From a virus, in IMG/VR virus record IMGVR_UViG_3300047299_000128, positions 1 through 64,000 of that record: 64,000 nucleotides of DNA; one strand, given 5' to 3'. The notes beneath the pieces are model-generated. The model did not search any database and was not told the origin of the DNA. It saw only the letters and a list, made by a program, of their open reading frames with translations. This document shows positions 29,008-38,887 of the stretch, one piece after another. A program made the translations under genes and the position numbers. Within the stretch, counting starts at the first letter, position 1, and the number at the start of each line of letters is the position of its first letter.

Positions 29008-30107
29008 AAAAAATTATTACATTAATATGTGTTTTGGTAAATTGTTATATTGGCAATTCTGTTGCAAATGATTTGCCCTTTGCAGACAACATCTCTAAAG
29101 GATACAGGACTCTGGCTAGAGTCGAATATACTAAGTCCCCCAAGGACGAAAAAGTCATAAAGAAAAACATTAACAACGAAACAAAGCCACTATTAGATAG
29201 TGTGTTTCAATATACGGGTGCCCGGGCATTGCTTGTGTCGCAAGGCGATGATTTAATATATGAAAAATATTCTTCTTGGGGAGGAAGTCGCAATACTCCT
29301 TTAGGATATTCCATGTCGAAGAGCTTAACTGCCTTGGCAGTCGGACATGTTATTTGTGATGGACATATTAAATCAATTAATGACCCGTTGGGGAAATATG
29401 TCAAAGACTTAAAAGGAACCACATGGGGTGACGCGAGTATTCGAGACGTGCTCATGATGTCTAGTGGAGCGTTTCAAACTATTCCACAATTTAACGGGCA
29501 CAAACACTTCGAGGGTAGTAAACGACTTGGCGACACCGTTCACACTGCTAGTATGAACGAAAATTTTATTGATATAATGAAAGAACAAGACGACCGGACT
29601 TATGCTCCTGGTTCTCAATTTAATTATTCAAATTTAGATACTATTGCGCTTGGACTCTTGATCCAAAATACAGTAGGCGAATCGTTTGCAAAATACTTTG
29701 AACGCACAGTTTGGTATCATGTTGGCGCCGAAGATAATGGAGCTTGGTTTATTACTAATAAAAATCAAGCGTCGACTTATCATGGGTTTAGTGCTCGCCC
29801 GCACGACTGGATAAGGATAGGTCAGTATGTGTTGCAAGAACGCAAAAAAGATACATGTTATGGTAATTATATCAAAGAAGCAACATCTGCACAAATTGTT
29901 TCTTCCGGATTGGCTCAAAAATACGGATATCAAATCTGGGTAAATTGTGCCCCCGATGTGGATTTTTGTTTTATAGGTTGGGCAGGTCAATATCTATTAT
30001 TCAACCTAGAAAAGAATTTAGTAGTTTACCAGCACGGAGCTTCTCATAGTTCTAATATATACAGCATGCCTCGCAAGGTCCAAACCTTTATAGATAAAGT
30101 AAAGTAA
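29004..30107 (+). CDS. secreted serine hydrolase, beta-lactamase (class C/AmpC-like) fold
   Basis: Signal peptide MKKIITLICVLV..SVA; SxxK (SMSKS), YxN (YSN), GWAGQ. Confidence 0.85.
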   Translation: MKKIITLICVLVNCYIGNSVANDLPFADNISKGYRTLARVEYTKSPKDEKVIKKNINNETKPLLDSVFQYTGARALLVSQGDDLIYEKYSSWGGSRNTPLGYSMSKSLTALAVGHVICDGHIKSINDPLGKYVKDLKGTTWGDASIRDVLMMSSGAFQTIPQFNGHKHFEGSKRLGDTVHTASMNENFIDIMKEQDDRTYAPGSQFNYSNLDTIALGLLIQNTVGESFAKYFERTVWYHVGAEDNGAWFITNKNQASTYHGFSARPHDWIRIGQYVLQERKKDTCYGNYIKEATSAQIVSSGLAQKYGYQIWVNCAPDVDFCFIGWAGQYLLFNLEKNLVVYQHGASHSSNIYSMPRKVQTFIDKVK

Positions 30108-30109
30108 TC

Positions 30110-30146
30110 AAAATCTCCCGCTAAATACATTATCGGGAGATTTTTT
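30110..30146 (+). promoter_or_regulatory. RBS-occluding hairpin/terminator with a late promoter in its loop
   Basis: aaaatctcccg-ctaaatacattat-cgggagatttt; GGGAG RBS in the 3' arm, TAAATA in the loop. Confidence 0.75.
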
Positions 30147-30893
30147 ATGGGCATACGTGACGACATTATTAAAGACATTGAATTGAGACTAGGCGGCGGC
30201 ATGGTTGATGTGGAACTAGATTCTGCACACTATGACTTGGCAGTCAATTCTGCACTTAGAAAGTATAGACAGCGAAGCCAGCGAGGGACACAAGAAAAGT
30301 TTGTTCCGTTAACTATACACGAAGAACAGCAAGAATACCAATTGCCCATGAATGTTGTATTGGTGCGAGATGTTATTATGCGACAAACCGGAACAGCAGG
30401 CACAAGTGGTTCTGGCGTAGATTTCGAACCGTTTAATACATTGTATCTAAATAACATGTTGCTACAAAACAGCAACAGCTTCCAAGGCTTGCTAAACTAT
30501 GAGTTGTATGCAGACCGCAGAGAATTACTAGCACGAATGTTTGGCGGATACGTGACATTTGACTTTAGACAAAACGACAAAAAGATATTTTTACATCGTA
30601 AGTTCAGGGGCGACGATGTTGTATTTGTTTGGTGCTGGGTAGAGCGTGATGACGAAGACTTATTATTAGATCCATACGCAAGCCCTTGGTTGAGAGATTA
30701 TGCATTTGCCCGTGCAAAGTTTATGTTAGGCGAAGCACGTTCTAAATTTGCCAGCATCGCAGGTCCGCAAGGCGGCACTAGCTTAAACGGTGATGCGCTA
30801 AAAGCAGAAGCACAAAGTGATTTGGACAAGTTAGAAGAAGACTTAAAATTGTTTACCGAAGGCGGCACACCTTACGGATTTATTATTGGATAA
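30147..30893 (+). CDS. neck/adaptor protein (T4 gp13-like)
   Basis: RLGGGMVDVEL, WLRDYAFARAK..LGEARSKF..I.GPQGG.SLNG motifs. Confidence 0.85.
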   Translation: MGIRDDIIKDIELRLGGGMVDVELDSAHYDLAVNSALRKYRQRSQRGTQEKFVPLTIHEEQQEYQLPMNVVLVRDVIMRQTGTAGTSGSGVDFEPFNTLYLNNMLLQNSNSFQGLLNYELYADRRELLARMFGGYVTFDFRQNDKKIFLHRKFRGDDVVFVWCWVERDDEDLLLDPYASPWLRDYAFARAKFMLGEARSKFASIAGPQGGTSLNGDALKAEAQSDLDKLEEDLKLFTEGGTPYGFIIG

Positions 30894-30896
30894 TCA

Positions 30897-31190
30897 ATGA
30901 GAGAAATAAGAATAACAAGCGAAACATTTAGGCTACCGGGCGATGATCCAACTATCCCTGATGCATATGTTGATCCAGCGGCATTAGCAGAGGTTAAAAA
31001 GTTAGCGGGCATTTACGATTTTAGAAACAATCAACCATGCACTGCTACACAAGAAGTAGCACAAGAAAAACAACCAAACTTGGGTGCTTACCAACGCGAT
31101 AATGATATTAAACCCGGAACAGAAGAATGGTTTAGGCTTTGGTTCAGCCGTAAAAATCTAACTGGTGAAACTCCTTACGATAAAGACTGA
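30897..31190 (+). CDS. hypothetical protein
   Basis: 97 aa; contains VKKLAGI and IKPGTEEWFRLWF. Confidence 0.65.
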   Translation: MREIRITSETFRLPGDDPTIPDAYVDPAALAEVKKLAGIYDFRNNQPCTATQEVAQEKQPNLGAYQRDNDIKPGTEEWFRLWFSRKNLTGETPYDKD

Positions 31191-31197
31191 AAAAGTC

Positions 31198-31226
31198 TTT
31201 ACAAATGATTAGTATTGCAGTATACT
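31198..31226 (+). promoter_or_regulatory. sigma70-type promoter (leaderless start)
   Basis: TTTACA-17-TATACT with ATG 6 nt downstream. Confidence 0.65.
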
Positions 31227-31232
31227 AGCAGT

Positions 31233-31721
31233 ATGAAAATTTATTTGGATATGGACGATGTTGTAGCCGACTGGCTAACACAAGCCTACGTTATTTTAGG
31301 CAAACGCTGGGAAATGGGAGAACGAATCCCACAAAACGAATGGAATCTTCTCAAAGAAGACATGCGATTTTACCGCACTCTCCCATTAAAGCCTGGTGCT
31401 ACTGAATTGGTAGCACATTGCAAAAATTTAGTCGATCAAGGCAAAGCAGAAGGCTTATTCTTCCTAACAGCTATTCCGCATGATTATTCTGTACCATATG
31501 CAGTACAAGATAAAGTATGGTGGGCAAATGATCACTTTCCCGGTATCCCTGTATTCATTGGACCATTTAGTCATGACAAGTGGCGCCGATGCAAACCGGG
31601 CGACATTTTGATTGATGACAGGATTAGTAACTGCGAAGAATGGCGCAGAGAAGGCGGACTAAGCCATATCTATAAAAACTGGCCGGATTGCAAAACATGG
31701 CTGGAGGCTACAGTAAAATGA
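31233..31721 (+). CDS. 5'(3')-deoxyribonucleotidase, HAD family
   Basis: IYLDMDDV, FLTA, K..W, ILIDDR motifs. Confidence 0.85.
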   Translation: MKIYLDMDDVVADWLTQAYVILGKRWEMGERIPQNEWNLLKEDMRFYRTLPLKPGATELVAHCKNLVDQGKAEGLFFLTAIPHDYSVPYAVQDKVWWANDHFPGIPVFIGPFSHDKWRRCKPGDILIDDRISNCEEWRREGGLSHIYKNWPDCKTWLEATVK

Positions 31722-32344
31722 TTATTGGAATTTGCGGTTTTATCGGCAGCGGCAAGGACACTGTAGCTGATTACTTGGTTAACATTCATGGCTTTAGACG
31801 AGAAAGTTTTGCCAACACACTCAAGGATGCAGTGGCCGCAGTCTTTGGTTGGGACAGAGTATTGCTAGAAGGTCGTACTAAAGAAGCTCGCGAATGGCGC
31901 GAGCAAGTAGATACATGGTGGGCATCTAGGCTAAACATCCCGCACTTAACTCCTCGTTGGGTATTACAACAATGGGGCACGGAAGTTTGTCGCAAAGGCT
32001 TTCACGATGACATTTGGATTGCTAGCGTAGAAAACAAATTAAGAAAAACTAAAGATAACATTGTTATTAGTGATTGTCGCTTTCCTAATGAAATTTCCAG
32101 TATCAAACAAGCACTAGGTCAGGTTATTTGGGTACAACGCGGCGAATTGCCAAGCTGGCATATCATGGCAGGCAAAGCTAACAATGGCGATATTGTAGCT
32201 GCACAAAAACTTAAACAACTCGGTATACATGCAAGCGAAACCTCTTGGGTTGGTACAAACTTCGATGGCATATTAAATAACAACGCAAGTTTAGACGATT
32301 TATATACGCAAGTTGAGCGTTTAGTGGTGCAACCAAAACCATAA
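31718..32344 (+). CDS. deoxynucleoside monophosphate kinase (T4 gp1-like)
   Basis: IIGICGFIGSGKDT, LQQWGTE, ISDCRFPNE; start at the ATGA overlap. Confidence 0.9.
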   Translation: MIIGICGFIGSGKDTVADYLVNIHGFRRESFANTLKDAVAAVFGWDRVLLEGRTKEAREWREQVDTWWASRLNIPHLTPRWVLQQWGTEVCRKGFHDDIWIASVENKLRKTKDNIVISDCRFPNEISSIKQALGQVIWVQRGELPSWHIMAGKANNGDIVAAQKLKQLGIHASETSWVGTNFDGILNNNASLDDLYTQVERLVVQPKP

Positions 32345-32420
32345 AAATCAACAATCCGGCTAAATAGCCATCATTTCTCCAAAAAGTTATAAATAAGTAT
32401 AACTCATAAGGAGACCAAAG

Positions 32421-34817
32421 ATGGCTACATTAGTATCCCCAGGCGTAGCAGTAAGTGTTACGGACGAAAGCCAATATGGCGGTGCAGGACAAGGCACAGT
32501 CCCGTTAATCATTTTAGCTACTCAAACAAACAAAACAAATTTAAGCGGATCCGGCTATGCTCAAGGAACTATCCCTGCAAACGCCGGTAAACCTGTCTTA
32601 TTAACAAGCCAACGAGAGCTTGTTGAATTATTCGGACAACCTCAATTCAGCGTTATTGATGGTACACCTATTCACGGTGCAGAAACTAACGAATACGGCT
32701 TGCTAGCAGCTTATAGCTTTTTAGGCATTGCCAACCGTGCTTACGTTTTACGTGCCGATATTGACTTAGCTCAATTGGATCCATCATTACTAGAACCCGC
32801 AGGCGCTCCTGTAAATGGTACATACTGGTTAGACTTATCTAGCACAAACTGGGGCGTATTTGAATCTACATCTACTGGTACTGCTAGTTGGGTCGCTAAA
32901 TCAGTAACAGTAATCGAAGACAGTGCAGATACAGTTGGCGGCACAGGCTTGTTACCTTTGAACACAAACGGTTCTGATGGCGACTATGCATTAGTTGCTA
33001 CGAGTGCAGTTTCTAGCTATCAACTATACAAAAAGATCGGCGGATCTTGGACATTAGTTTCTGATGCAGCATTAGGTAAGAGTGTTTTTGCAGCACCTCA
33101 CTATTCTATCCCTAGCGCAAGCGCTATTGGCGATGTTTGGATTAAAACTACAACTCCTAACAGCGGCTTAAAAGTTATTGTTAAGAAATATGTAGCAGCA
33201 AATGTCCCTGCAAGTAGCCCTTGGGTTGCACAAAACGTAAGCGTTTATGAATCCGATGTTGCAGCAACTGCTGGTTTTGGTAGTGCATTAAGCGCTGGTA
33301 AAGTGTACGCAAAAGTTGCAAACACTGTAGCAAACTTAGAATTACGTTATTACAATGGCACTAGCTGGTCTGCACTAGGCGAAGTAGCCGGCACACAAAG
33401 CCCAACAGGCGCAACAGCCGATGGTACATTATGGTACAGCAGCGCATTATACGCAGACTTGTATGTAAAAGCCAATGGACAATGGGAACCTATTAGCGGT
33501 TCTGTTACAATTGATTCTACAGCCCCATCTAGCCCGTCGGCTGGTGATGTTTGGGTTGACAGTAGCGATTTAGAAAACTATCCTTTCGTACATCAATATG
33601 ATGGCACATCTTGGGTAGAGCGCGACACTACAGACCAAACAACTCCAAACGGTGTTGTATTTGCAGACTTAACAACTATTGCAGCAGACACAAGCAACGG
33701 TACAGGCGGCGCAACTCCAGTCGACAGCGAAGCTCCTGATGCTTTATTATATCCAGACGGTATGTTCCTATGGAACAGTATTGTTTCTACAGGTAACGTT
33801 AAACAATACAGTTCTGCAACAGGCGTATGGAGTACATTCAGCGGTAACCAAGCTAACGGTCGTCCTTTTACTTTACGTAAAGCACAACGTCAAGCAGTAG
33901 TTCGTGCTATGCAAACTGTAGTAAATGAAAATACACAAATCCGTGAAGAAATGACATTCTTTACACTAATCGCAGCACCAGCGTACCCAGAGTTATTAGA
34001 CGAGATGGTTGCACTAAACACAGACCGTAAAGAAACAGCGTTTATTGTTGTTGACACTCCGTTCCGTTTAGCCCCTCAAGGTCAAACATTGTTAGACTGG
34101 ATGAGCGGTAACAATGCAACGGTAAACGGCGAAGCTGGTTTGATTACTAGCACTAATACAGCCGCAGCATATTATCCAAGCGGTATTACAAGCGACTTAG
34201 CTGGTAACGACGTAGTTGTTCCTGCAAGTCACATTGTATTACGTACTATGGCATACAATGACCAAGTTGCTTATCCTTGGTTCGCACCAGCAGGTTTAAC
34301 TCGTGGTGTTGTTACTAACGCAACAAACGTTGGTTACATTAACGGCGAAGGCGAATTTGTTCCAGTAGCGCTAACTAATGGTCAGCGTGATACATTATAC
34401 GGAGATGGCAGCAGAGTTGGTATTAACCCAATCGCTCGTTTCCCAGGACAAGGCTTATTTGTATTCGGTCAACGAACACTACAAAGCCATGCAAGTGCAT
34501 TAGACAGAGTAAACGTAAGCCGTTTAGTTGCTTACTTACGTGAGCGTTTTGATCCGTTGGCTCGCCCGTTCATATTCGAACCTAACGACCAAATCACTCG
34601 TGCTAATGCTAAACAAGTTTTCGATGGCTTCTTAGGTGACTTATTATCTAAGCGAGCTATCTATGACTTTATCGTTGTTTGCGATGACACAAACAATACC
34701 CCTGCCAGAATTGACAGAAACGAACTATGGATCGACGTTGCTATTGAGCCAGTGAAAGCTGCTGAATTTATCTACATTCCAATTCGTGTTGTTAACACAG
34801 GCGAGTTATCAGCCTGA
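32421..34817 (+). CDS. gp18: tail sheath protein (T4 gp18-like)
   Basis: LVSPGV, PWFAPAGLTRG, ALDRVNVSRL, FEPND, VVCDDTNNTP, EFIYIP. Confidence 0.95.
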   Translation: MATLVSPGVAVSVTDESQYGGAGQGTVPLIILATQTNKTNLSGSGYAQGTIPANAGKPVLLTSQRELVELFGQPQFSVIDGTPIHGAETNEYGLLAAYSFLGIANRAYVLRADIDLAQLDPSLLEPAGAPVNGTYWLDLSSTNWGVFESTSTGTASWVAKSVTVIEDSADTVGGTGLLPLNTNGSDGDYALVATSAVSSYQLYKKIGGSWTLVSDAALGKSVFAAPHYSIPSASAIGDVWIKTTTPNSGLKVIVKKYVAANVPASSPWVAQNVSVYESDVAATAGFGSALSAGKVYAKVANTVANLELRYYNGTSWSALGEVAGTQSPTGATADGTLWYSSALYADLYVKANGQWEPISGSVTIDSTAPSSPSAGDVWVDSSDLENYPFVHQYDGTSWVERDTTDQTTPNGVVFADLTTIAADTSNGTGGATPVDSEAPDALLYPDGMFLWNSIVSTGNVKQYSSATGVWSTFSGNQANGRPFTLRKAQRQAVVRAMQTVVNENTQIREEMTFFTLIAAPAYPELLDEMVALNTDRKETAFIVVDTPFRLAPQGQTLLDWMSGNNATVNGEAGLITSTNTAAAYYPSGITSDLAGNDVVVPASHIVLRTMAYNDQVAYPWFAPAGLTRGVVTNATNVGYINGEGEFVPVALTNGQRDTLYGDGSRVGINPIARFPGQGLFVFGQRTLQSHASALDRVNVSRLVAYLRERFDPLARPFIFEPNDQITRANAKQVFDGFLGDLLSKRAIYDFIVVCDDTNNTPARIDRNELWIDVAIEPVKAAEFIYIPIRVVNTGELSA

Positions 34818-34845
34818 TAAATAAATAGCCGAAGGAGAATAAGAC

Positions 34846-35457
34846 ATGGCAGATTTAACACAATTTGGAGTTCCGACAACAGGCACCAACGCTATGGTAA
34901 TGCCTAAGCTCCAATATAGATTCAGAGTTAACATGTATAACTTTGGTCTAAACAGCGGTAGCACCGTTGATTTTACGCAAAACGTAGTAAGCGTAACTCG
35001 TCCGAGTGTAACACACGACGAAGTTACGTTAGATGCGTATAACAGCCGCGCTTACATTGCAGGCAAGCACACATGGGAACCAGTTACAATTACTTTACGT
35101 GATGACATGAACAATGCAGTTAATAGACACGTTGCAAGTCAATTACAAAAGCAATTGAATCACGGTCGCCAAAGTGCCCCGGCAGCAGCCGCAGACTATA
35201 AGTTTGGTTTAGTAATCGAGCAGTTAGATGGTTCGCAACCGGGTGTTGTTTTAGAAACTTGGAGTTTAAATGGATGCTTTATCCAAAACGTAAACTACGG
35301 TGAAAACAACTATGCAACTAGTGATGTAATGCAAATTACATTACAGATCCGTTATGACAATGCCGATATACACAGCGAAGCTGTAATGTCTGCTACTGAA
35401 TCTGGCGCTTTAACAAGCGGCTTATTAGGTAACAGTGCAATAGGCAACGCAGTCTAA
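34846..35457 (+). CDS. gp19: tail tube protein (T4 gp19-like)
   Basis: PKLQYRFRV, AGKHTWEPVTITLRDD, IRYDNA; follows the sheath gene. Confidence 0.85.
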   Translation: MADLTQFGVPTTGTNAMVMPKLQYRFRVNMYNFGLNSGSTVDFTQNVVSVTRPSVTHDEVTLDAYNSRAYIAGKHTWEPVTITLRDDMNNAVNRHVASQLQKQLNHGRQSAPAAAADYKFGLVIEQLDGSQPGVVLETWSLNGCFIQNVNYGENNYATSDVMQITLQIRYDNADIHSEAVMSATESGALTSGLLGNSAIGNAV

Positions 35458-35467
35458 GGGATAATAC

Positions 35468-36151
35468 ATGGCGGCATTAACTGACGCTATGAAGTGGTAT
35501 AGTTTAGGCGCGCAAAAATCTGCGCGTCTAAAGTACCATTTTAAAGTAGAGTTCTTTAGTAGTGGATATACTGAAAAGTTAGGAGGGGCAAACGCCCCTG
35601 CCCGTTTGATATTTGATTCGATTAGAACAATCGAACTACCTAAATATACAATCGAAACAGAAGTAGCCAATTCGTATAACGTTAGACAATTGGTTCCTAC
35701 TAAAATTATTTTTGAACCGATTAGTATTGCTTTTAACGATACATTAGACAACAGATTCCAAAATTTTATTAAAGCCTACATGGGTATTATTAGCAATAGC
35801 TTTTCTAAACTTGATAAAAGTGTAAGAACAGGTTTTGATGATTTTGGTCTTAAATTATTAGATACAAATAAAGATTGCCCGATTGATAGAATCGAAATTA
35901 CTAGATTCTATGGTGCCAATCAAGATGCAACAAGTTTAAAGAATACAAGCAAAGTAACATTATGGCGTCCTAAAATAGTAGACGTACAGCACGATACATT
36001 AGATTACAGTGCAAGCGAAGCGGTTACTTGGCAATTAAGTCTTCGTTATGAAAGTGTGACGTATGACGGAGATAAATCATCTGCTCCTGGAGAATTGCGC
36101 ACACAAAAAGAAATAGATTATTCCAAGAGTCTGGGAGATTTTTCGGGATGA
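35468..36151 (+). CDS. tube-like baseplate/tail tube initiator protein
   Basis: Tube paralog motifs (IELPKY, FEPISIAFND, LDYS..W.L.LRYE). Confidence 0.7.
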   Translation: MAALTDAMKWYSLGAQKSARLKYHFKVEFFSSGYTEKLGGANAPARLIFDSIRTIELPKYTIETEVANSYNVRQLVPTKIIFEPISIAFNDTLDNRFQNFIKAYMGIISNSFSKLDKSVRTGFDDFGLKLLDTNKDCPIDRIEITRFYGANQDATSLKNTSKVTLWRPKIVDVQHDTLDYSASEAVTWQLSLRYESVTYDGDKSSAPGELRTQKEIDYSKSLGDFSG

Positions 36152-36426
36152 CAATAGAAACAATTAAATTTGATTTAGTTTATGGCCAGTTGTTAAAAAT
36201 TGGTATTAATATAGACACAGCTAAAGTCATGGCTAAGACATTGTTAGATATTAGCCATACTATTGGCGTAAACGTTGATGATTTATTAAAACAAATAGAC
36301 CAAAACGGTATGCGTTTTGAAAATGATGTTTATAAGCAATTAAATTTAGCAAGAACAAACAGCAGCCAATTAGGATATTTAGACGCAAGTAACATACCTC
36401 CTGCTATTACACGACAGGTAGTATAA
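36148..36426 (+). CDS. hypothetical protein
   Basis: Translationally coupled within the tail operon. Confidence 0.65.
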   Translation: MTIETIKFDLVYGQLLKIGINIDTAKVMAKTLLDISHTIGVNVDDLLKQIDQNGMRFENDVYKQLNLARTNSSQLGYLDASNIPPAITRQVV

Positions 36427-36893
36427 TGGCCAGCAACTATACACAAGGTTATTTTACTCCGCTACATCCAGAGAAGTATATCGGTAGCAACTCGCCCAAG
36501 TATCGTAGCAGTTGGGAATTAACAGTTATGCGATTTTGCGATACTCATCCCGCTATCGTTGGCTGGGCAAGCGAATCATTAAGAATACCTTATAGAAATC
36601 CATTTACAGGTAAAGAATCGACATATTACCCGGATTTTTTAATTTCTTATCAAGATAAAAGCGGAAACAAGATTAGCGAAATTATCGAAGTAAAGCCTCG
36701 TAATCAAGCCTTATTAGAATTAGCCAGAAGCCAGCAAGAAAAAGCAGCGGTAGTTTTGAATATGGCAAAATGGGAAGCATGCCGTGCATGGTGCCAACGT
36801 CATGGGTTAAAATTTAGAATATTAACCGAAGAAGATATATACAATAATTGGCAACCGAGAAATAAACCAAAACAAAAGCGAGCAAGAAAATGA
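36426..36893 (+). CDS. head completion nuclease (T4 gp4-like, TnsA-type PD-(D/E)xK)
   Basis: YRSSWE, WASE, YYPDF, EVKP, KWEA, FRILTE. Confidence 0.9.
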   Translation: MASNYTQGYFTPLHPEKYIGSNSPKYRSSWELTVMRFCDTHPAIVGWASESLRIPYRNPFTGKESTYYPDFLISYQDKSGNKISEIIEVKPRNQALLELARSQQEKAAVVLNMAKWEACRAWCQRHGLKFRILTEEDIYNNWQPRNKPKQKRARK

Positions 36894-37411
36894 CAAAAAG
36901 ACTAGAAGATTTTTTTAACGTAGAGCCAACCGAGCCCGATCGTAGCGAAAGCACGAACGAGGACCAAAAACCGCTAGTTGCAACAGAGTTAGTGCCAATG
37001 CCAGATTCGCTCACGCTCATTAAAGACCAATTAAGCGTAGCTAGTAAAATTGATGAAGCACTACCTCAAGTTAAAGGCTTGGATACAGAAGACCGTGCAT
37101 TAGATGATTATGCTGACCAAGCAATGGAACATTTTGCCAGATTGATGGATCTAGGGTTTAACGTAGATGACAGAAACGCAGGCAAGATATTTGAAGTTGC
37201 TAGCACTATGATGGGCAACGCTATTACTGCCAAAACAACTAAGTTAGATAAAAAGTTAAAGATGATTGAGCTACAGCTAAAGTTAGCTAAATTACAAAAA
37301 GATTTGGGCAAAGATGAACCAAGTGACGAAAATAAGCCAGGCGAATTGAGCACAGACCGCAATGCGATTCTTAACCTCATAAACCAAAACTTAAAGAAGC
37401 AAGATAAATAA
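36890..37411 (+). CDS. terminase small subunit (probable)
   Basis: Helical; IFEVASTMM..AI.AK pattern; upstream of the large terminase. Confidence 0.6.
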   Translation: MTKRLEDFFNVEPTEPDRSESTNEDQKPLVATELVPMPDSLTLIKDQLSVASKIDEALPQVKGLDTEDRALDDYADQAMEHFARLMDLGFNVDDRNAGKIFEVASTMMGNAITAKTTKLDKKLKMIELQLKLAKLQKDLGKDEPSDENKPGELSTDRNAILNLINQNLKKQDK

Positions 37412-37427
37412 TGTATCGGAGAACAGA

Positions 37428-38051
37428 ATGAAAACTCTATTTGAATACATAGAAACACTACAACAAAAGCACGATGTCCGCATTAAGCTAGCATGCGAAT
37501 GCAGCGACGACATGAGCGATAAAATCGAAAAGCACTTAGAAAAGTATGATGCTGAAAAGGTTAGCCGCCCTAGCAAGACTATTTTAATGCGCCGTCCAAT
37601 GGATTTCCCAAATTTAGACATGGCGGAAATTTATATTATCGACTTTACTGCACTACTACCAGTTAGCCCTGAAATGCTAAAACAAGAACTAGCCAGCTTA
37701 CTAAACATAAGCGAAGGCGAAATTGTTGTTCGTATGGCAAACGAGCCCCGCGAACTAGAAGCAGAGCACGACGAAGAGGGCGACAAATTCTTAAAAGAAC
37801 CTAAAGAAGCCAAGGCTTTATTGGGCACAGAATACAGCAAAGAAGAACTAGCTAAAGAAAAAGCAGATGAATTATTCGGCGACAAATACAATAGCAAGTT
37901 CTTAAAAGAATTGAAAAAACTTAGCGACGACCGCAAGAAAGAATTAAAAACACCTAAGATTGTCAAGGATCCGGATGTTCCTGCATCGACTCCAGAAATA
38001 GGTGATAGCACAGCGACTAATAAAAAGAGTCCTGTATCAACAAGGAAATAA
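37428..38051 (+). CDS. putative head-internal protein
   Basis: Late promoter; MKTLFE start; ends NKKSPV like the core protein. Confidence 0.55.
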   Translation: MKTLFEYIETLQQKHDVRIKLACECSDDMSDKIEKHLEKYDAEKVSRPSKTILMRRPMDFPNLDMAEIYIIDFTALLPVSPEMLKQELASLLNISEGEIVVRMANEPRELEAEHDEEGDKFLKEPKEAKALLGTEYSKEELAKEKADELFGDKYNSKFLKELKKLSDDRKKELKTPKIVKDPDVPASTPEIGDSTATNKKSPVSTRK

Positions 38052-38053
38052 TC

Positions 38054-38887
38054 ATGGATTTAGTAAAATTACTATCTAAACTACAGGCTATCGGCGGCAT
38101 GCCAGGTGCAATGACCGAAGAAAAGAAACCAGACGCCGACAAAGACGGAGTGCCTGATTGGGCCGATAAAGCTGACGGTAAAGATGATAGCGAAGATAAA
38201 AAAGAAAAAGCCAATGAAGATATCTTTAATGTATTAAAAGGCTTAAAAGCTATCCAAGAAGCTAGTTTAGAAGAAGATGATGTCGAAGAAGGCAACGAAT
38301 TCTCTGGAGCATTGACTGCGGCTAAAGCTGCTGGAAAAGAAGAATTTGAAGTCGGCGGCAAAAAATATAAAGTAAATGAATGCGGCGAAATGGAAATGAG
38401 TCCTTTTACTGCTCCTGATGCTGGAATCGAAATGCAACCAATGTCTGCTATCCAAGCAGAATTGCCAGACGACGAGCACGGCGAAGAAATGTCTCCGGAA
38501 GTCGAAGAAGAGAAGCCGAGTTATACATTAAGCATCCAAAACGGCGATAGCAATTTAAATATGACAACTGACATTCCTGATGAAATCATTCACATTATGA
38601 AACTTGCAGGAGTACAAGGTAAAGCAGAAGTTAAAAAATCTGCACCTAGTCCAGAAGGCGAAGAAGCCGGTGAAGAAAAAGAAGTAGACGAAGCATGGGG
38701 TAATACTCCTGCCGCAACTAATGAAAAAGAACCTAAGGCTTATGGCGATATTCGTGACTGGGCGTTAAAAGGTACAGGCAAAGGCAAGCCAGGATACGGC
38801 GACCGTCGTGCTCCGGGTCAGGGTGACAATCCTATGAACGAAAGCACAATGTTTGCAGAGTATAAAAAATTTAAAGCAGGCAAATGA
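38054..38887 (+). CDS. acidic putative head-internal protein
   Basis: Many hydrophobic-x-E sites, DADKDGVPD Ca-binding-like loop, IMKLAGV. Confidence 0.55.
   Translation: MDLVKLLSKLQAIGGMPGAMTEEKKPDADKDGVPDWADKADGKDDSEDKKEKANEDIFNVLKGLKAIQEASLEEDDVEEGNEFSGALTAAKAAGKEEFEVGGKKYKVNECGEMEMSPFTAPDAGIEMQPMSAIQAELPDDEHGEEMSPEVEEEKPSYTLSIQNGDSNLNMTTDIPDEIIHIMKLAGVQGKAEVKKSAPSPEGEEAGEEKEVDEAWGNTPAATNEKEPKAYGDIRDWALKGTGKGKPGYGDRRAPGQGDNPMNESTMFAEYKKFKAGK

Noticed and set aside
36426-36893. TnsA-like nuclease as a Tn7 transposon
   Set aside because: Context and motifs fit the T4 gp4 head-completion nuclease; no tnsB/C genes or transposon ends
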